Shown here: in pieces, positions 29,381 through 38,766 of the stretch
Position numbering within the stretch: position 1 is the stretch's first letter
Layout: each line of letters starts with the position of its first letter
Source of the DNA: Alistipes sp.
Lineage (GTDB): Bacteria; Bacteroidota; Bacteroidia; Bacteroidales; Rikenellaceae
Assembly: GCA_017531305.1 (NCBI GenBank)
Contig: JAFXLG010000069.1
Span: 17,933-81,932, forward strand
Reading direction: 5' to 3'
DNA: 64,000 nucleotides
Position numbers and translations under genes: made by a program
The notes under the pieces: generated by a model
What the model was told of the DNA's origin: nothing
Seen by the model: the letters and a program-made list of their open reading frames with translations, nothing else
Database searches by the model: none

Positions 29381-29944
29381 TTATTTCTCTTCGGCACTTA
29401 ATATCATGCGACACATCCTTTCGCGCGCACGATGAATCTGAGTCTTTACTGTACCCATGGGTAGGTGTAGCTTCTCGGCGATCTCTTCGTAGGAGTAATC
29501 TTCCAGAAAACGCATGGTAAAGAGCGTGCGATACTGTTCTGGCAGACTATTTATGTAGGTTTCGATCTGAGAGCGTTGTTGCAGATTTATCAGATTCTCT
29601 TCGGGCGATGGCGTGTTGGTTTCGGGAGCCGAAAAACGCTCATCTATCGAGAGATCCTCTTGACGGCGGCGTTCAAAGTCGATATGGGTGTTACGTGCGA
29701 TGGTATATACCCATTGTCCGAAGGTGTATTCGGGTGAGTAGCGTTGCAGATTGATATATACCTTGATGAAGGTCTCTTGTAGCAGATCTTCCGTGTCGTC
29801 AGCTGATGTGGAGCGAAGTAGGAACAGGCGGCGTATGGCATCGTTATATCGGTTGAAAAGATATTCGAATGCCATGTGGTCTCCGCCGAGCGAAAGCTCC
29901 ACCAGACGTTTGTCATCGGCGATGATATACTCCTCTATTTCCAT
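29381..29944 (-). CDS. ECF RNA polymerase sigma factor
   Basis: EDLLQETFIK, FGQWVYTIARN, SYEEIAEKL.LPMGTVKTQIHRAR. Confidence 0.95.
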   Translation of the reverse strand: MEIEEYIIADDKRLVELSLGGDHMAFEYLFNRYNDAIRRLFLLRSTSADDTEDLLQETFIKVYINLQRYSPEYTFGQWVYTIARNTHIDFERRRQEDLSIDERFSAPETNTPSPEENLINLQQRSQIETYINSLPEQYRTLFTMRFLEDYSYEEIAEKLHLPMGTVKTQIHRARERMCRMILSAEEK

Positions 29945-31092
29945 GCTGAGCTATCTTTGCGAATCATCATCATGCGCACAGACAACATGAGCAATGGGTT
30001 AATCAGATCAAATATAAAGAATCGCATTCCAACCTTACGCTCTCCCACGCGTTTGGCGATCGAAAGGGTACGAGCTAAGGCTACCAGATATCTTATGAGC
30101 AACAATAGGAATGCTGCTGCCTTATACTCCAAAGGCATGAAAATCAATGCGGTGAGGATGCAGAGGAAGAATAGACCTTGACTGCAGATATCCCACTCTA
30201 TCGAGTTCTTTACATGGATCGGATAGTAGCGATAGGTCTCGCCGTAGTGGCGAAGTTGTCCAATCCACCACTTCATGCCGCCCCAAGCGTGTTCGATGAC
30301 CGCCCCTTTGGGAATAAGCACCACGCTGGCGTTATTGTTGCGCGCAATGCTCTGGATAAAGAGGTCGTCCTCGCCGATATTCATGCTCAAGTAGTTGAAG
30401 CCTCCCACTTTGAAATAGAGTGATTTAGTGAAACCTATGTTGTGGCGGGTGCCACGATATGTCTTACCCTTTACGGCTTGAGCCAACCAATAGAGCGAAG
30501 TCTGGAGGTTGGACATTCGCATAAGGTAGTTGGATAGTCCCTTTTTAGACTCCAAAGCCGAGTAGCCGAGTATGATTTCGCCACGCATAAATGCCTTACC
30601 CATCATCGCTAACCACTGCTCCGAAGCTGGCGTAGAGCTATTGGTGGTGAGTAGGATATGCTCGTTGTGGGCTGCCTTTATGCCGAGGTTGATAGCCTGC
30701 TTGACCGAGATGGGGAAGCGGGGATTATAGTCAAATTTTGTCACCGTAAGGTTGGGGTGCATCAGGCGTTGGCGCGTAAGCTCCTCGTAGAAGTCGCCAT
30801 CGGCTCCCACATAGACTATCACCACCTCGAATGTAGCATCGTATTGCTGGGCAAAGAGGTGAGGCAGACGCTCGTCAATGTAGGCGTAATCCTCTGAAAA
30901 TATGGGAACTACGATTGAGATCGGTGGCTCTGATTCGAGTATCCTTTTACGGTGCGAATTACGGAATGTAGATACGCGGCGATAGCGGATCAGGTAGTAG
31001 TAAAGTTGTATAAAAAAGAGTACAAGGATGGCAATCGCCAATAGGCAACCTTGCCAGCCGTAGTGTTGAAGTATGTAATCAATATATTGCAT
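29935..31092 (-). CDS. Membrane GT2-fold glycosyltransferase-like protein, degenerate catalytic motifs
   Basis: N-terminal TM, PPISIVVP, LGIKAA, GGF...GEDDLF, C-terminal TMs; DxD absent. Confidence 0.85.
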   Translation of the reverse strand: MQYIDYILQHYGWQGCLLAIAILVLFFIQLYYYLIRYRRVSTFRNSHRKRILESEPPISIVVPIFSEDYAYIDERLPHLFAQQYDATFEVVIVYVGADGDFYEELTRQRLMHPNLTVTKFDYNPRFPISVKQAINLGIKAAHNEHILLTTNSSTPASEQWLAMMGKAFMRGEIILGYSALESKKGLSNYLMRMSNLQTSLYWLAQAVKGKTYRGTRHNIGFTKSLYFKVGGFNYLSMNIGEDDLFIQSIARNNNASVVLIPKGAVIEHAWGGMKWWIGQLRHYGETYRYYPIHVKNSIEWDICSQGLFFLCILTALIFMPLEYKAAAFLLLLIRYLVALARTLSIAKRVGERKVGMRFFIFDLINPLLMLSVRMMMIRKDSSAWK

Positions 31093-31118
31093 AAAACAGT
31101 ATCAAAAGATAATTTCGA

Positions 31119-31126
31119 CAAAGATA
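31119..31126 (-). promoter_or_regulatory. -7 element (TATCTTTG) for GT2-sigma operon
   Basis: TAnnTTTG consensus. Confidence 0.6.
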
Positions 31127-31274
31127 CTCTTTTCGCGCGAAACGGCATAGTAAAATGTGAAAATTCTCACCTCTTGTGTCGCCAAATTTATGGTGCGAGC
31201 AGCGGAATTTACAATTATATGGTATATCGTGCGGTTTTTCGCTCATAAAGAGTCAATATTTGAAGGAAAAATCG

Positions 31275-31282
31275 TAACTTTG
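31275..31282 (+). promoter_or_regulatory. -7 element (TAACTTTG) for tgt operon
   Basis: TAnnTTTG consensus; supports ATG 31334. Confidence 0.6.
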
Positions 31283-31333
31283 TACGAATTATATGCCCAT
31301 GTTTTTGGAGTGGGCGAAAAGAGCGTAGAAAAG

Positions 31334-32464
31334 ATGAAATTTACACTTGAACATAAAGCACCCTCTTCGAAGGCTCGTGCAGGATTGATCCAGACAGATC
31401 ATGGTCCAATTCAGACCCCTATTTTTATGCCTGTAGGTACTGCTGCGGCGATGAAGGGAATTTTCCATCGAGACCTTAAGCAGGAGGCTAAGGCGCAGAT
31501 TATTTTGGCAAATACCTATCACCTCTATCTGCGCCCGGGTATGGATATTATCGAGAAGGCGGGCGGAGTGCATCGTTTCTCGACATGGGATGGTCCAATG
31601 CTTACCGATAGCGGTGGTTTTCAGGTCTTCTCTCTCTCGGATTGTCGTAAGCTCAAGGAGGAGGGATGCCATTTCCGTTCACATATTGATGGCTCGAAGC
31701 ACCTCTTTACCCCCGAGAGCGTTATTGATACCGAGCGTACTATCGGAGCTGATATCATGATGGCATTCGATGAGTGCCCCCCAGGGGATGCTCCATACGA
31801 TTATGCTGCCAAGTCGCTGGCTTTGACCGAGCGTTGGCTGGATCGTTGTTTTAATCGTTATCATCAGACTCAGCCCAAGTGGGGGCACTACCAATCGTTG
31901 TTCCCCATCGTGCAGGGATGTTCATATCCAGAACTCAGAGCTAAGGCTGCCGAGAATGTTCAGCAATATGATGCCGATGGATATGCCATTGGAGGTTTGG
32001 CAGTGGGTGAGCCTACCGATGTGATGTATGCGATGATCGAGGTGGTAAATGCCGTTTTGCCTGAGCATAAACCACGATATCTGATGGGTGTGGGTACGCC
32101 GATCAATATCTTGGAGGCGATTGACAGAGGAGTGGATATGTTCGATTGTGTGATGCCTACGCGCAATGGTCGCAATGGTCAGATCTTCACCAGCGAGGGT
32201 ACTATCAATCTCAGGAATAAGAAGTGGGAGGATGACTTCTCGCCGCTGGATCCTATGGGCGTAAGTTTTGTTGATAAGCAATACTCGAAGGCGTATGTTC
32301 ACCACCTGACGGTTTGTGGTGAGATGTTGGCGGCTCAGATCGCATCGTTGCACAACGTGGCGTTCTACTTGTGGCTGGTGGGCGAGGCACGTAAGCATAT
32401 CATCGAGGGTGATTTTGCTCAATGGAAGCAGATCATGGTAGAAAAATTGGGTCGTAGATTATAG
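31334..32464 (+). CDS. tgt: tRNA-guanine transglycosylase
   Basis: TPIFMPVGT, ANTYHL, TDSGGFQ, FDEC, GGLAVGE, DMFDCVMPTR. Confidence 0.97.
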   Translation: MKFTLEHKAPSSKARAGLIQTDHGPIQTPIFMPVGTAAAMKGIFHRDLKQEAKAQIILANTYHLYLRPGMDIIEKAGGVHRFSTWDGPMLTDSGGFQVFSLSDCRKLKEEGCHFRSHIDGSKHLFTPESVIDTERTIGADIMMAFDECPPGDAPYDYAAKSLALTERWLDRCFNRYHQTQPKWGHYQSLFPIVQGCSYPELRAKAAENVQQYDADGYAIGGLAVGEPTDVMYAMIEVVNAVLPEHKPRYLMGVGTPINILEAIDRGVDMFDCVMPTRNGRNGQIFTSEGTINLRNKKWEDDFSPLDPMGVSFVDKQYSKAYVHHLTVCGEMLAAQIASLHNVAFYLWLVGEARKHIIEGDFAQWKQIMVEKLGRRL

Positions 32465-32472
32465 CGTGGGGT

Positions 32473-33585
32473 ATGAAGCAGAAGTTGAATTTCTCGTTTC
32501 CAGGTCTGAAAATTCTTGACCGTTATATTCTGGGCAAGTTTTTGGGTACATACATCTTCGCCATTGCGATGATTACTGTAATTTTGGTGGTCTTCGACTA
32601 TGCCGAGCGAGTGGATAATTTTACCGAGTCGCACGCTCCCTTGTCGGATATCATCTTCGACTACTACATCAATTTCATCCCCGACTTTATCAATCAGTTC
32701 AGTGGTCTGTTTACATTCATCTCGGTAATCTTCTTTACCTCGAAGATGGCGTATCAGACTGAGATCATCGCCATGTTGTCGGGTGGAGTGAGCTTCCGCC
32801 GTTTGATGTGGCCCTACTTTTTGGGAGCTTTTGCCATTATGACGCTCTCGCTTTCGTTGAATCTGTGGGTAATCCCCGAATCTCAGATCAACTGCGTGGA
32901 GTTTAAGCAGAAATACTTTAAAAAGTATAAAAATCAGCAGTACGACCGCAATATCTATCGTCAGGTTGAGCCTGGGGTCTTTGTTTTTGTGAGGGGTTAT
33001 GGTAGCAACAAACACGCTTCGTATCTGGCTCTGACTCGCCATGAGGGTAATCAGGTTGTAGAGTCTTTGGAGGCGTCAGATGTGACCGTAGATCCAGCTA
33101 CAGGACGCTGGAAGGCGCAAAAATATATCACTCGTAGTGTAAATCAGGCGGGAGAGGAGGATTTCCAGCAGCTTCGAGATCTCGATACGCTGATTAATCT
33201 CGATGTCAGGGAGTTGGGTAAGGTAGATGTGATCGTGTCAACGATGAAGATCGGAGAGCTGAATCGCTTCATCGAGCAGCAACGCTCCAAGGGATCAGAC
33301 TCCATCAATATCATCGAGGTGGAGCGTCAAGGTCGATTTGCCTATCCTATGGCGACCTTTATCCTGACGCTGATCGGTGTATCGCTCTCATCGCGTAAGG
33401 TAAGAGGTGGTACAGGATTGCATATCGGAGTGGGTATTGCACTTTGTTTCTCGTACATCATGTGTAACCGCGTCTTCGAGGAGTTTGCCAAGAGTGGCTC
33501 TTTGCCTGTGTGGTTGGCGGTCTGGACCCCGAACTTTATATTTGCAATAATTGCCGTATATCTCTATCGTAAAGCACCGAAATAA
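32473..33585 (+). CDS. LptF/LptG family LPS export permease
   Basis: LDRYILGKF, EIIAMLSGGVSFRR, TM pattern with periplasmic domain, AVWTPN. Confidence 0.92.
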   Translation: MKQKLNFSFPGLKILDRYILGKFLGTYIFAIAMITVILVVFDYAERVDNFTESHAPLSDIIFDYYINFIPDFINQFSGLFTFISVIFFTSKMAYQTEIIAMLSGGVSFRRLMWPYFLGAFAIMTLSLSLNLWVIPESQINCVEFKQKYFKKYKNQQYDRNIYRQVEPGVFVFVRGYGSNKHASYLALTRHEGNQVVESLEASDVTVDPATGRWKAQKYITRSVNQAGEEDFQQLRDLDTLINLDVRELGKVDVIVSTMKIGELNRFIEQQRSKGSDSINIIEVERQGRFAYPMATFILTLIGVSLSSRKVRGGTGLHIGVGIALCFSYIMCNRVFEEFAKSGSLPVWLAVWTPNFIFAIIAVYLYRKAPK

Positions 33586-34667
33586 TGCAGAAGTGGGAAG
33601 AAATAGCTCTCAGGGTGAGAGCCGATGAACGTCTTTCGCGAGAAGATGCTCTGACCTTGTGGCAGGATGCTCCATTGTGGCGTCTGGCAGAGTTGGCTGT
33701 CGAGCGTAAGCAAAAGATAAGTGGCAACAAGATATATTACAATCGTAATTTCCATCTTGAGCCTACAAACCTGTGTGTCTTTAATTGTAAGTTCTGCTCT
33801 TTCCGCCGTCCTAAAAATAGCCCCGAGGCGTGGGATATGTCGATGGCTGAGGCTATGGAGATGGTGCGTTCATACGTGGGCAAGGGTGTGACGGAGGTAC
33901 ATATCGTGGGAGGAGTGCATCCAGAGCATGATCTGGAGTATTATTGCGATATGATCCGCCGCGTAAAGCAGATCTTGCCCGATGTTACGGTAAAGGCGTT
34001 TACCGCTATCGAACTCTCGTATATGATCCGTAAAGCAGGGTTGAGTGTGGAGCAAGGACTTCGTAAGCTAATAGATGCAGGCATGGGCTCAATCCCAGGT
34101 GGCGGAGCTGAGATTTTCGATGAGAAGATCCGCATGCAGATCTGTCCCGATAAAGGCTCTACCGCAGAGTGGTTTGAGGTACACGCCAAGGCTCATGAGT
34201 TGGGTCTAAAGAGTAACGCCACCATTCTGTATGGTCATATAGAGCAGGTGGAGCATCGTATCGACCATATGATGCGACTCAGAGAGTTGCAGGATCGTAC
34301 CGATGGTTTCAACGCCTTCATCCCGCTTAAGTACCGTAATTTTGGTAATTCGATGTCCGAGATTGGCGAGACTTCGCTGGTGGATGATTTGCGTACGTTG
34401 GCTATGAGTCGCCTGATTCTGGATAATGTGCCCCACATCAAAGCCTATTGGGTGATGTATGGTAAGCAGACTACCGAGTTAGCTTTGAAGTTCGGTGCAG
34501 ACGATGTGGATGGTACTATTGATGATTCGACCAAGATATACTCCATGGCGGGTGCCGATGATCAGAAGCCTCGCATGAGTATCGAAGAGATACGCGCTAT
34601 GGCAGAGCGTGTGGGTTATAAGGCTGTGGAGCGAGATACGTTGTATAATGAGATAAACAGAGAATAG
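33585..34667 (+). CDS. mqnE: Aminofutalosine synthase MqnE (CofH-family radical SAM)
   Basis: TNLCVFNCKFCSF, EVHIVGGVHP, PGGGAEIF, NATILYGHIE, HIKAYW. Confidence 0.85.
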   Translation: MQKWEEIALRVRADERLSREDALTLWQDAPLWRLAELAVERKQKISGNKIYYNRNFHLEPTNLCVFNCKFCSFRRPKNSPEAWDMSMAEAMEMVRSYVGKGVTEVHIVGGVHPEHDLEYYCDMIRRVKQILPDVTVKAFTAIELSYMIRKAGLSVEQGLRKLIDAGMGSIPGGGAEIFDEKIRMQICPDKGSTAEWFEVHAKAHELGLKSNATILYGHIEQVEHRIDHMMRLRELQDRTDGFNAFIPLKYRNFGNSMSEIGETSLVDDLRTLAMSRLILDNVPHIKAYWVMYGKQTTELALKFGADDVDGTIDDSTKIYSMAGADDQKPRMSIEEIRAMAERVGYKAVERDTLYNEINRE

Positions 34668-34669
34668 AT

Positions 34670-35695
34670 ATGGAAAATAGTAATCGAGTAAATAGACCTC
34701 GCCGCCGCAAACAGGCGAGTGGTGTGAAGGGCTTTGTGGCGCGACTCAAGCAATCGCCCATTGCATATAATGCGGTGCTGATAGTGCTTGTGGTGGTGGC
34801 TATAATCGTGCTGTCGAGCATCCTGATGATGATCATTACCCGTCATGGTACGCATCGTACCGTTCCTACATTCATGGGTGTGAAGATTACTCAGGCTCAG
34901 CAGATGGCAAAGGATAGCGGTCTGAAGATCATTGTCAACGACTCGCTCTTTGTGCCAGCCTATGAGGGCGGAGTGGTGTTGGATCAGCTGCCAAAGGGTG
35001 GCGTTGAGGTTAAGTCGGGTCGCAAGGTATATGTTACCATCAACTCCTTCCGTCAGAAGATGGTCAAGGTGCCATACGTTGCAGGTCGTTCTTTGCGACA
35101 GGCTAAGAATATGTTGGAGGTTGCGGGCTTAGGCATCGAGCGTCTGATATATGAAGAGGATATCGCTACGAACTATGTGCTTGCTGAGTTTGTCGGCAAA
35201 GAGGAACTCAAGGAGGGCTCTGAGGTTGAGATCGAGATGGGTTCGGGCGTGATACTCAAGGTGGGTGTTGAGCCTGAGAAGAATACCACAATCGTGCCTA
35301 AGGCTATCGGTCAGAGCTTGCAGGGTGCCAAGAGCCGCCTTTGGGAGCAGGGCTTGAATATCGGCAAGATAAATTTCGATGATGGAATCAATCTGCTGAA
35401 TCAGAAGGATGCCAAGGTATATCGTCAGTCGCTTTCGCACAATGCTGTTGCGGAGTTGGGCTCTACGGTGGATCTGTGGTTGACGCTCGATGCGGAGACG
35501 GTAGATAAGAGTAGTAAGGCTTCGGATAAGGCTGCCCATGAATTGGAGGAGCAGCGTTTGGAGGCTGAGGCTGCCATGCGTGACTCAATAGAGCAGGCTG
35601 AGGCTCTATCGCGCACTCAGGTGCAGGAGGCTTTGGAGAGTAGCAAGGCGGCTGCACAGAGCGTGACCGAGACCGATGAGGATGAATTTTTCTAA
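34670..35695 (+). CDS. PASTA domain membrane protein
   Basis: Single TM, TRHG..VPTFMG, VPYVAG, VPKAIG = three PASTA repeats. Confidence 0.88.
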   Translation: MENSNRVNRPRRRKQASGVKGFVARLKQSPIAYNAVLIVLVVVAIIVLSSILMMIITRHGTHRTVPTFMGVKITQAQQMAKDSGLKIIVNDSLFVPAYEGGVVLDQLPKGGVEVKSGRKVYVTINSFRQKMVKVPYVAGRSLRQAKNMLEVAGLGIERLIYEEDIATNYVLAEFVGKEELKEGSEVEIEMGSGVILKVGVEPEKNTTIVPKAIGQSLQGAKSRLWEQGLNIGKINFDDGINLLNQKDAKVYRQSLSHNAVAELGSTVDLWLTLDAETVDKSSKASDKAAHELEEQRLEAEAAMRDSIEQAEALSRTQVQEALESSKAAAQSVTETDEDEFF

Positions 35696-36816
35696 TGCTG
35701 AATGAGATGACCATGCTTGAAGAGATGAAGGCTGAAGCAGCGTTGCAGGAGGATTTGCTCCAAGAAGATGCGATAATGGATGATGAGTTGGCTGAGGGAG
35801 ATTCGGCTGATGAGCTGTTCGAACATTTTGCTATTACGGTAGATAAGGGACAGAAGATGTTGCGACTGGATAAGTATCTGGTCGACCGTATGGAGCATTG
35901 CTCTCGAAACCGTATCCAGATGGCTGCCGATAATGGAAATATATTGGTTAATGGTGTTGTTGCCAAATCCAGCTATAAGGTAAAGCCTCTGGATCGCATC
36001 ACACTCGTGATGCCATACCCCAAGCGCGAGCTGGAGATTATACCAGAGGATATTCCACTCGATATATTGTATGAGGATGAAGATATGATCATCGTCAACA
36101 AGGCGGCAGGTATGTGTGTTCACCCTGGGTGCGGTAATTATACGGGCACGTTGGTCAATGCCTTGACCTATCATTTAAAGGATTTGCCGCTTTTTCAGGA
36201 GGGAGATATGCGTGCAGGATTGGTACACCGCATAGATAAGGATACTTCGGGTATTTTAGTTGTGGCGAAGAATGAGCGATCTCACGCGCGCCTTGCCAAA
36301 CAATTTTTCGATCATACGATCCATCGCCGCTATGTGGCTTTGGTGTGGGGAAATATCGAAGAGGATGAGGGTACGATTACGGGAAACATTGGTCGTAGCC
36401 CGAAGGATCGTTTGCAGATGTATGTCTTTGCCGATGGCTCGGACGGAAAGCACGCCGTGACACACTATAAGGTCTTGAAACGCTTTGGTTATGTCACACT
36501 TGTCGAGTGTCGTCTGGAGACAGGACGTACTCACCAGATCAGAGTGCATATGTCATGGCAGGGGCATCCGCTTTTCAACGACTCGCGTTATGGTGGAGAT
36601 CGAATTTTGAAGGGAACAACCTTCTCAAAGTATAAGCAGTTTATCGAAAATTGCTTCTCGCTCTTGCCACGTCAGGCTCTGCATGCTCGTTCACTCGGAT
36701 TTGTGCATCCAACTACGGGCGAGGATGTATATTTTGAGAGTGCGTTGCCAGCAGATTTGCAGGCAGTCATAGATAAGTGGGAGGTATATACTGCATCGAG
36801 AAATTTGGAAGAATAG
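35695..36816 (+). CDS. rluD: RluA/RluD family pseudouridine synthase
   Basis: S4 domain RLDKYL, VHRIDKDTSG, LETGRTHQIRVH, QALHA. Confidence 0.93.
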   Translation: MLNEMTMLEEMKAEAALQEDLLQEDAIMDDELAEGDSADELFEHFAITVDKGQKMLRLDKYLVDRMEHCSRNRIQMAADNGNILVNGVVAKSSYKVKPLDRITLVMPYPKRELEIIPEDIPLDILYEDEDMIIVNKAAGMCVHPGCGNYTGTLVNALTYHLKDLPLFQEGDMRAGLVHRIDKDTSGILVVAKNERSHARLAKQFFDHTIHRRYVALVWGNIEEDEGTITGNIGRSPKDRLQMYVFADGSDGKHAVTHYKVLKRFGYVTLVECRLETGRTHQIRVHMSWQGHPLFNDSRYGGDRILKGTTFSKYKQFIENCFSLLPRQALHARSLGFVHPTTGEDVYFESALPADLQAVIDKWEVYTASRNLEE

Positions 36817-36827
36817 GGGATTTTTTT

Positions 36828-36859
36828 AATTCAAAATTCAAAATTCAAATTCAAAATTT
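36828..36859 (+). repeat. AATTCAA heptamer tandem repeat (~4.5 copies)
   Basis: aattcaa aattcaa aattca aattcaa aattt, 11 nt after the rluD stop. Confidence 0.85.
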
Positions 36860-36934
36860 CGTTTGTTAAACGACTATTGGTAGGATAACAGATAGTTGGA
36901 TAACGAGAAAATATATAAGAAAAAACAAAAAAGA

Positions 36935-38764
36935 ATGTTTTTGCCAACTACCATAAAGGAGGTCAGAGCCTTGGGTTGGGATTATATAGATGTAATCCTC
37001 TTTACGGGTGATGCCTACATAGATCATCCCGCTTTCGGAGCCGCCGTCATAGGTCGTTTGCTCGAGGCGGAGGGCTATCGTGTGGCTATCGTGCCGCAGC
37101 CCAATTGGCGAGATGATCTGAGAGACTTTACCAAGTTGGGTGCGCCACGCCTCTTCTTCGGAGTCTCGGCAGGTGCTATGGACTCTATGGTAAATCACTA
37201 TACGGCAAACATTCGCCTGCGTAGTAACGATGCCTATACGGCTGGTGGCAAGGCGGGTTTCCGTCCCGATTATGCAGCAACGGTATATTGTCAGATTCTG
37301 AAGCGACTGTATCCCCATGTCCCCGTTGTGGTGGGAGGTATAGAGGCTTCGTTGCGCCGTTTGACCCATTATGATTATTGGAGCGATAGCCTGAAGCCTT
37401 CGATGATCGTGGAGAGTGGTGCCGACCTGTTGATTTATGGTATGGGCGAAAGAGTTGTGCAGCAGGTTGCCAAAGCGATGCGCAACGGCTTCAACTCCAA
37501 GCTACTGCGTAAGATTCGTCAAGTGGCTTTTGTTGCCGATAAGAGCTATGTAGAGAGGTTAGATCCTGCAACGACCCATCATCTGCACTCCTTCGAGGAG
37601 TGTCAGCGCGACAAGCGAGCCTTTGCCGAGAATTTTGTGGTGGAGGAGACCTTGAGCAATGTGATGGATCCACAGGAGACTCTGGTTGAGCAGGTGGGCG
37701 ATAGATATGTGGTTGTCACACCGCCCAATACCACGCTCTCGACCGAGGAGTTGGATCACTCGTTTGACCTGCCTTATGAGCGACAGCCTCACCCGCGTTA
37801 TAACGGCAAGGGCAGCATCCCTGCGTGGGAGATGATCAAGCACTCGATAAATATCCATCGTGGATGTTTTGGTGGTTGCGCGTTTTGTACCATTTCGGCA
37901 CATCAGGGTAAGTTTATCAACTCCCGAAGTGAGCGTAGCATCCTGCAGGAGGTGGAGCGTGTGGTGAAGATGCCCGATTTCAAGGGTTATTTATCGGACG
38001 TGGGAGCTCCTTCGGCAAATATGTATCGCATGGGCGGAAAGGATAAGTCGATTTGCCAAAAGTGTCGCCGTCCATCGTGTCTGCATCCAAAACGATGTCC
38101 AAATCTGGATAACAATCATGCCCCATTGCTTGCCTTGTATGAGAAGATCCGCGGTGTAAAGGGTGTGAAGAAGGCATTTATCGGTAGTGGAATACGCTAC
38201 GACTTGTTCGATGATAAACCATATCTTGAGACTGTCCTGAAGCATCATACCTCGGGAAGATTGAAGGTCGCACCTGAGCATACCGAAGACCATGTGTTGA
38301 ATCTGATGCGTAAGCCATCTTTCGAGCAATTTGAGCGTCTGAATAGCGATTTCAGACGCATCTGCCGAGAGTGTGATTTGCCATATCAGCTTATCCCATA
38401 CTTTATCTCCTCGCACCCAGGATGTCGTGAGGCAGATATGAAGGCTCTCTCGGAGAAGGTGTTGGGGCGTCTGCATTTTGATCTGGAGCAGGTGCAGGAT
38501 CTTACTCCCACACCGATGACACTCTCTTCGGTGATGTTCTATACGGGCGAAAATCCATATACGGGTGAGAAGGTATATGTGGCTCGCAGTCAAGATGATA
38601 AACGCCGTCAGAAAGCATATTTTTTTGCTACGAGTGGCTCTGTAGGCGTAGGCTCTAAGCCAAAATCTTCGGCAAGGGGCTTAGCTCAGAGTAAATCTCA
38701 GAGTAAATCTTGGGCGAAGAGCCGAAGCGTAAAATCTCAAGTCAAACCATTTAAGAGAAAGTGA
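36935..38764 (+). CDS. YgiQ family (UPF0313) radical SAM protein
   Basis: MFLPTT, GDAYIDHPAFG, GGIEASLRR..HYDYW, RGCFGGCAFC, APEH. Confidence 0.93.
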   Translation: MFLPTTIKEVRALGWDYIDVILFTGDAYIDHPAFGAAVIGRLLEAEGYRVAIVPQPNWRDDLRDFTKLGAPRLFFGVSAGAMDSMVNHYTANIRLRSNDAYTAGGKAGFRPDYAATVYCQILKRLYPHVPVVVGGIEASLRRLTHYDYWSDSLKPSMIVESGADLLIYGMGERVVQQVAKAMRNGFNSKLLRKIRQVAFVADKSYVERLDPATTHHLHSFEECQRDKRAFAENFVVEETLSNVMDPQETLVEQVGDRYVVVTPPNTTLSTEELDHSFDLPYERQPHPRYNGKGSIPAWEMIKHSINIHRGCFGGCAFCTISAHQGKFINSRSERSILQEVERVVKMPDFKGYLSDVGAPSANMYRMGGKDKSICQKCRRPSCLHPKRCPNLDNNHAPLLALYEKIRGVKGVKKAFIGSGIRYDLFDDKPYLETVLKHHTSGRLKVAPEHTEDHVLNLMRKPSFEQFERLNSDFRRICRECDLPYQLIPYFISSHPGCREADMKALSEKVLGRLHFDLEQVQDLTPTPMTLSSVMFYTGENPYTGEKVYVARSQDDKRRQKAYFFATSGSVGVGSKPKSSARGLAQSKSQSKSWAKSRSVKSQVKPFKRK

Positions 38765-38766
38765 TT

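Noticed and set aside
31157-31333. Long N-terminal extensions in the ORF track (tgt, pdxB, FKBP, GH92, recG, rpmB)
   Set aside because: Upstream alternative starts overlap or lie upstream of promoter boxes or lack homology; downstream ATGs match family N-termini.
35695-35820. Acidic N-terminal extension on RluD
   Set aside because: Common in Bacteroidota RluA-family proteins.
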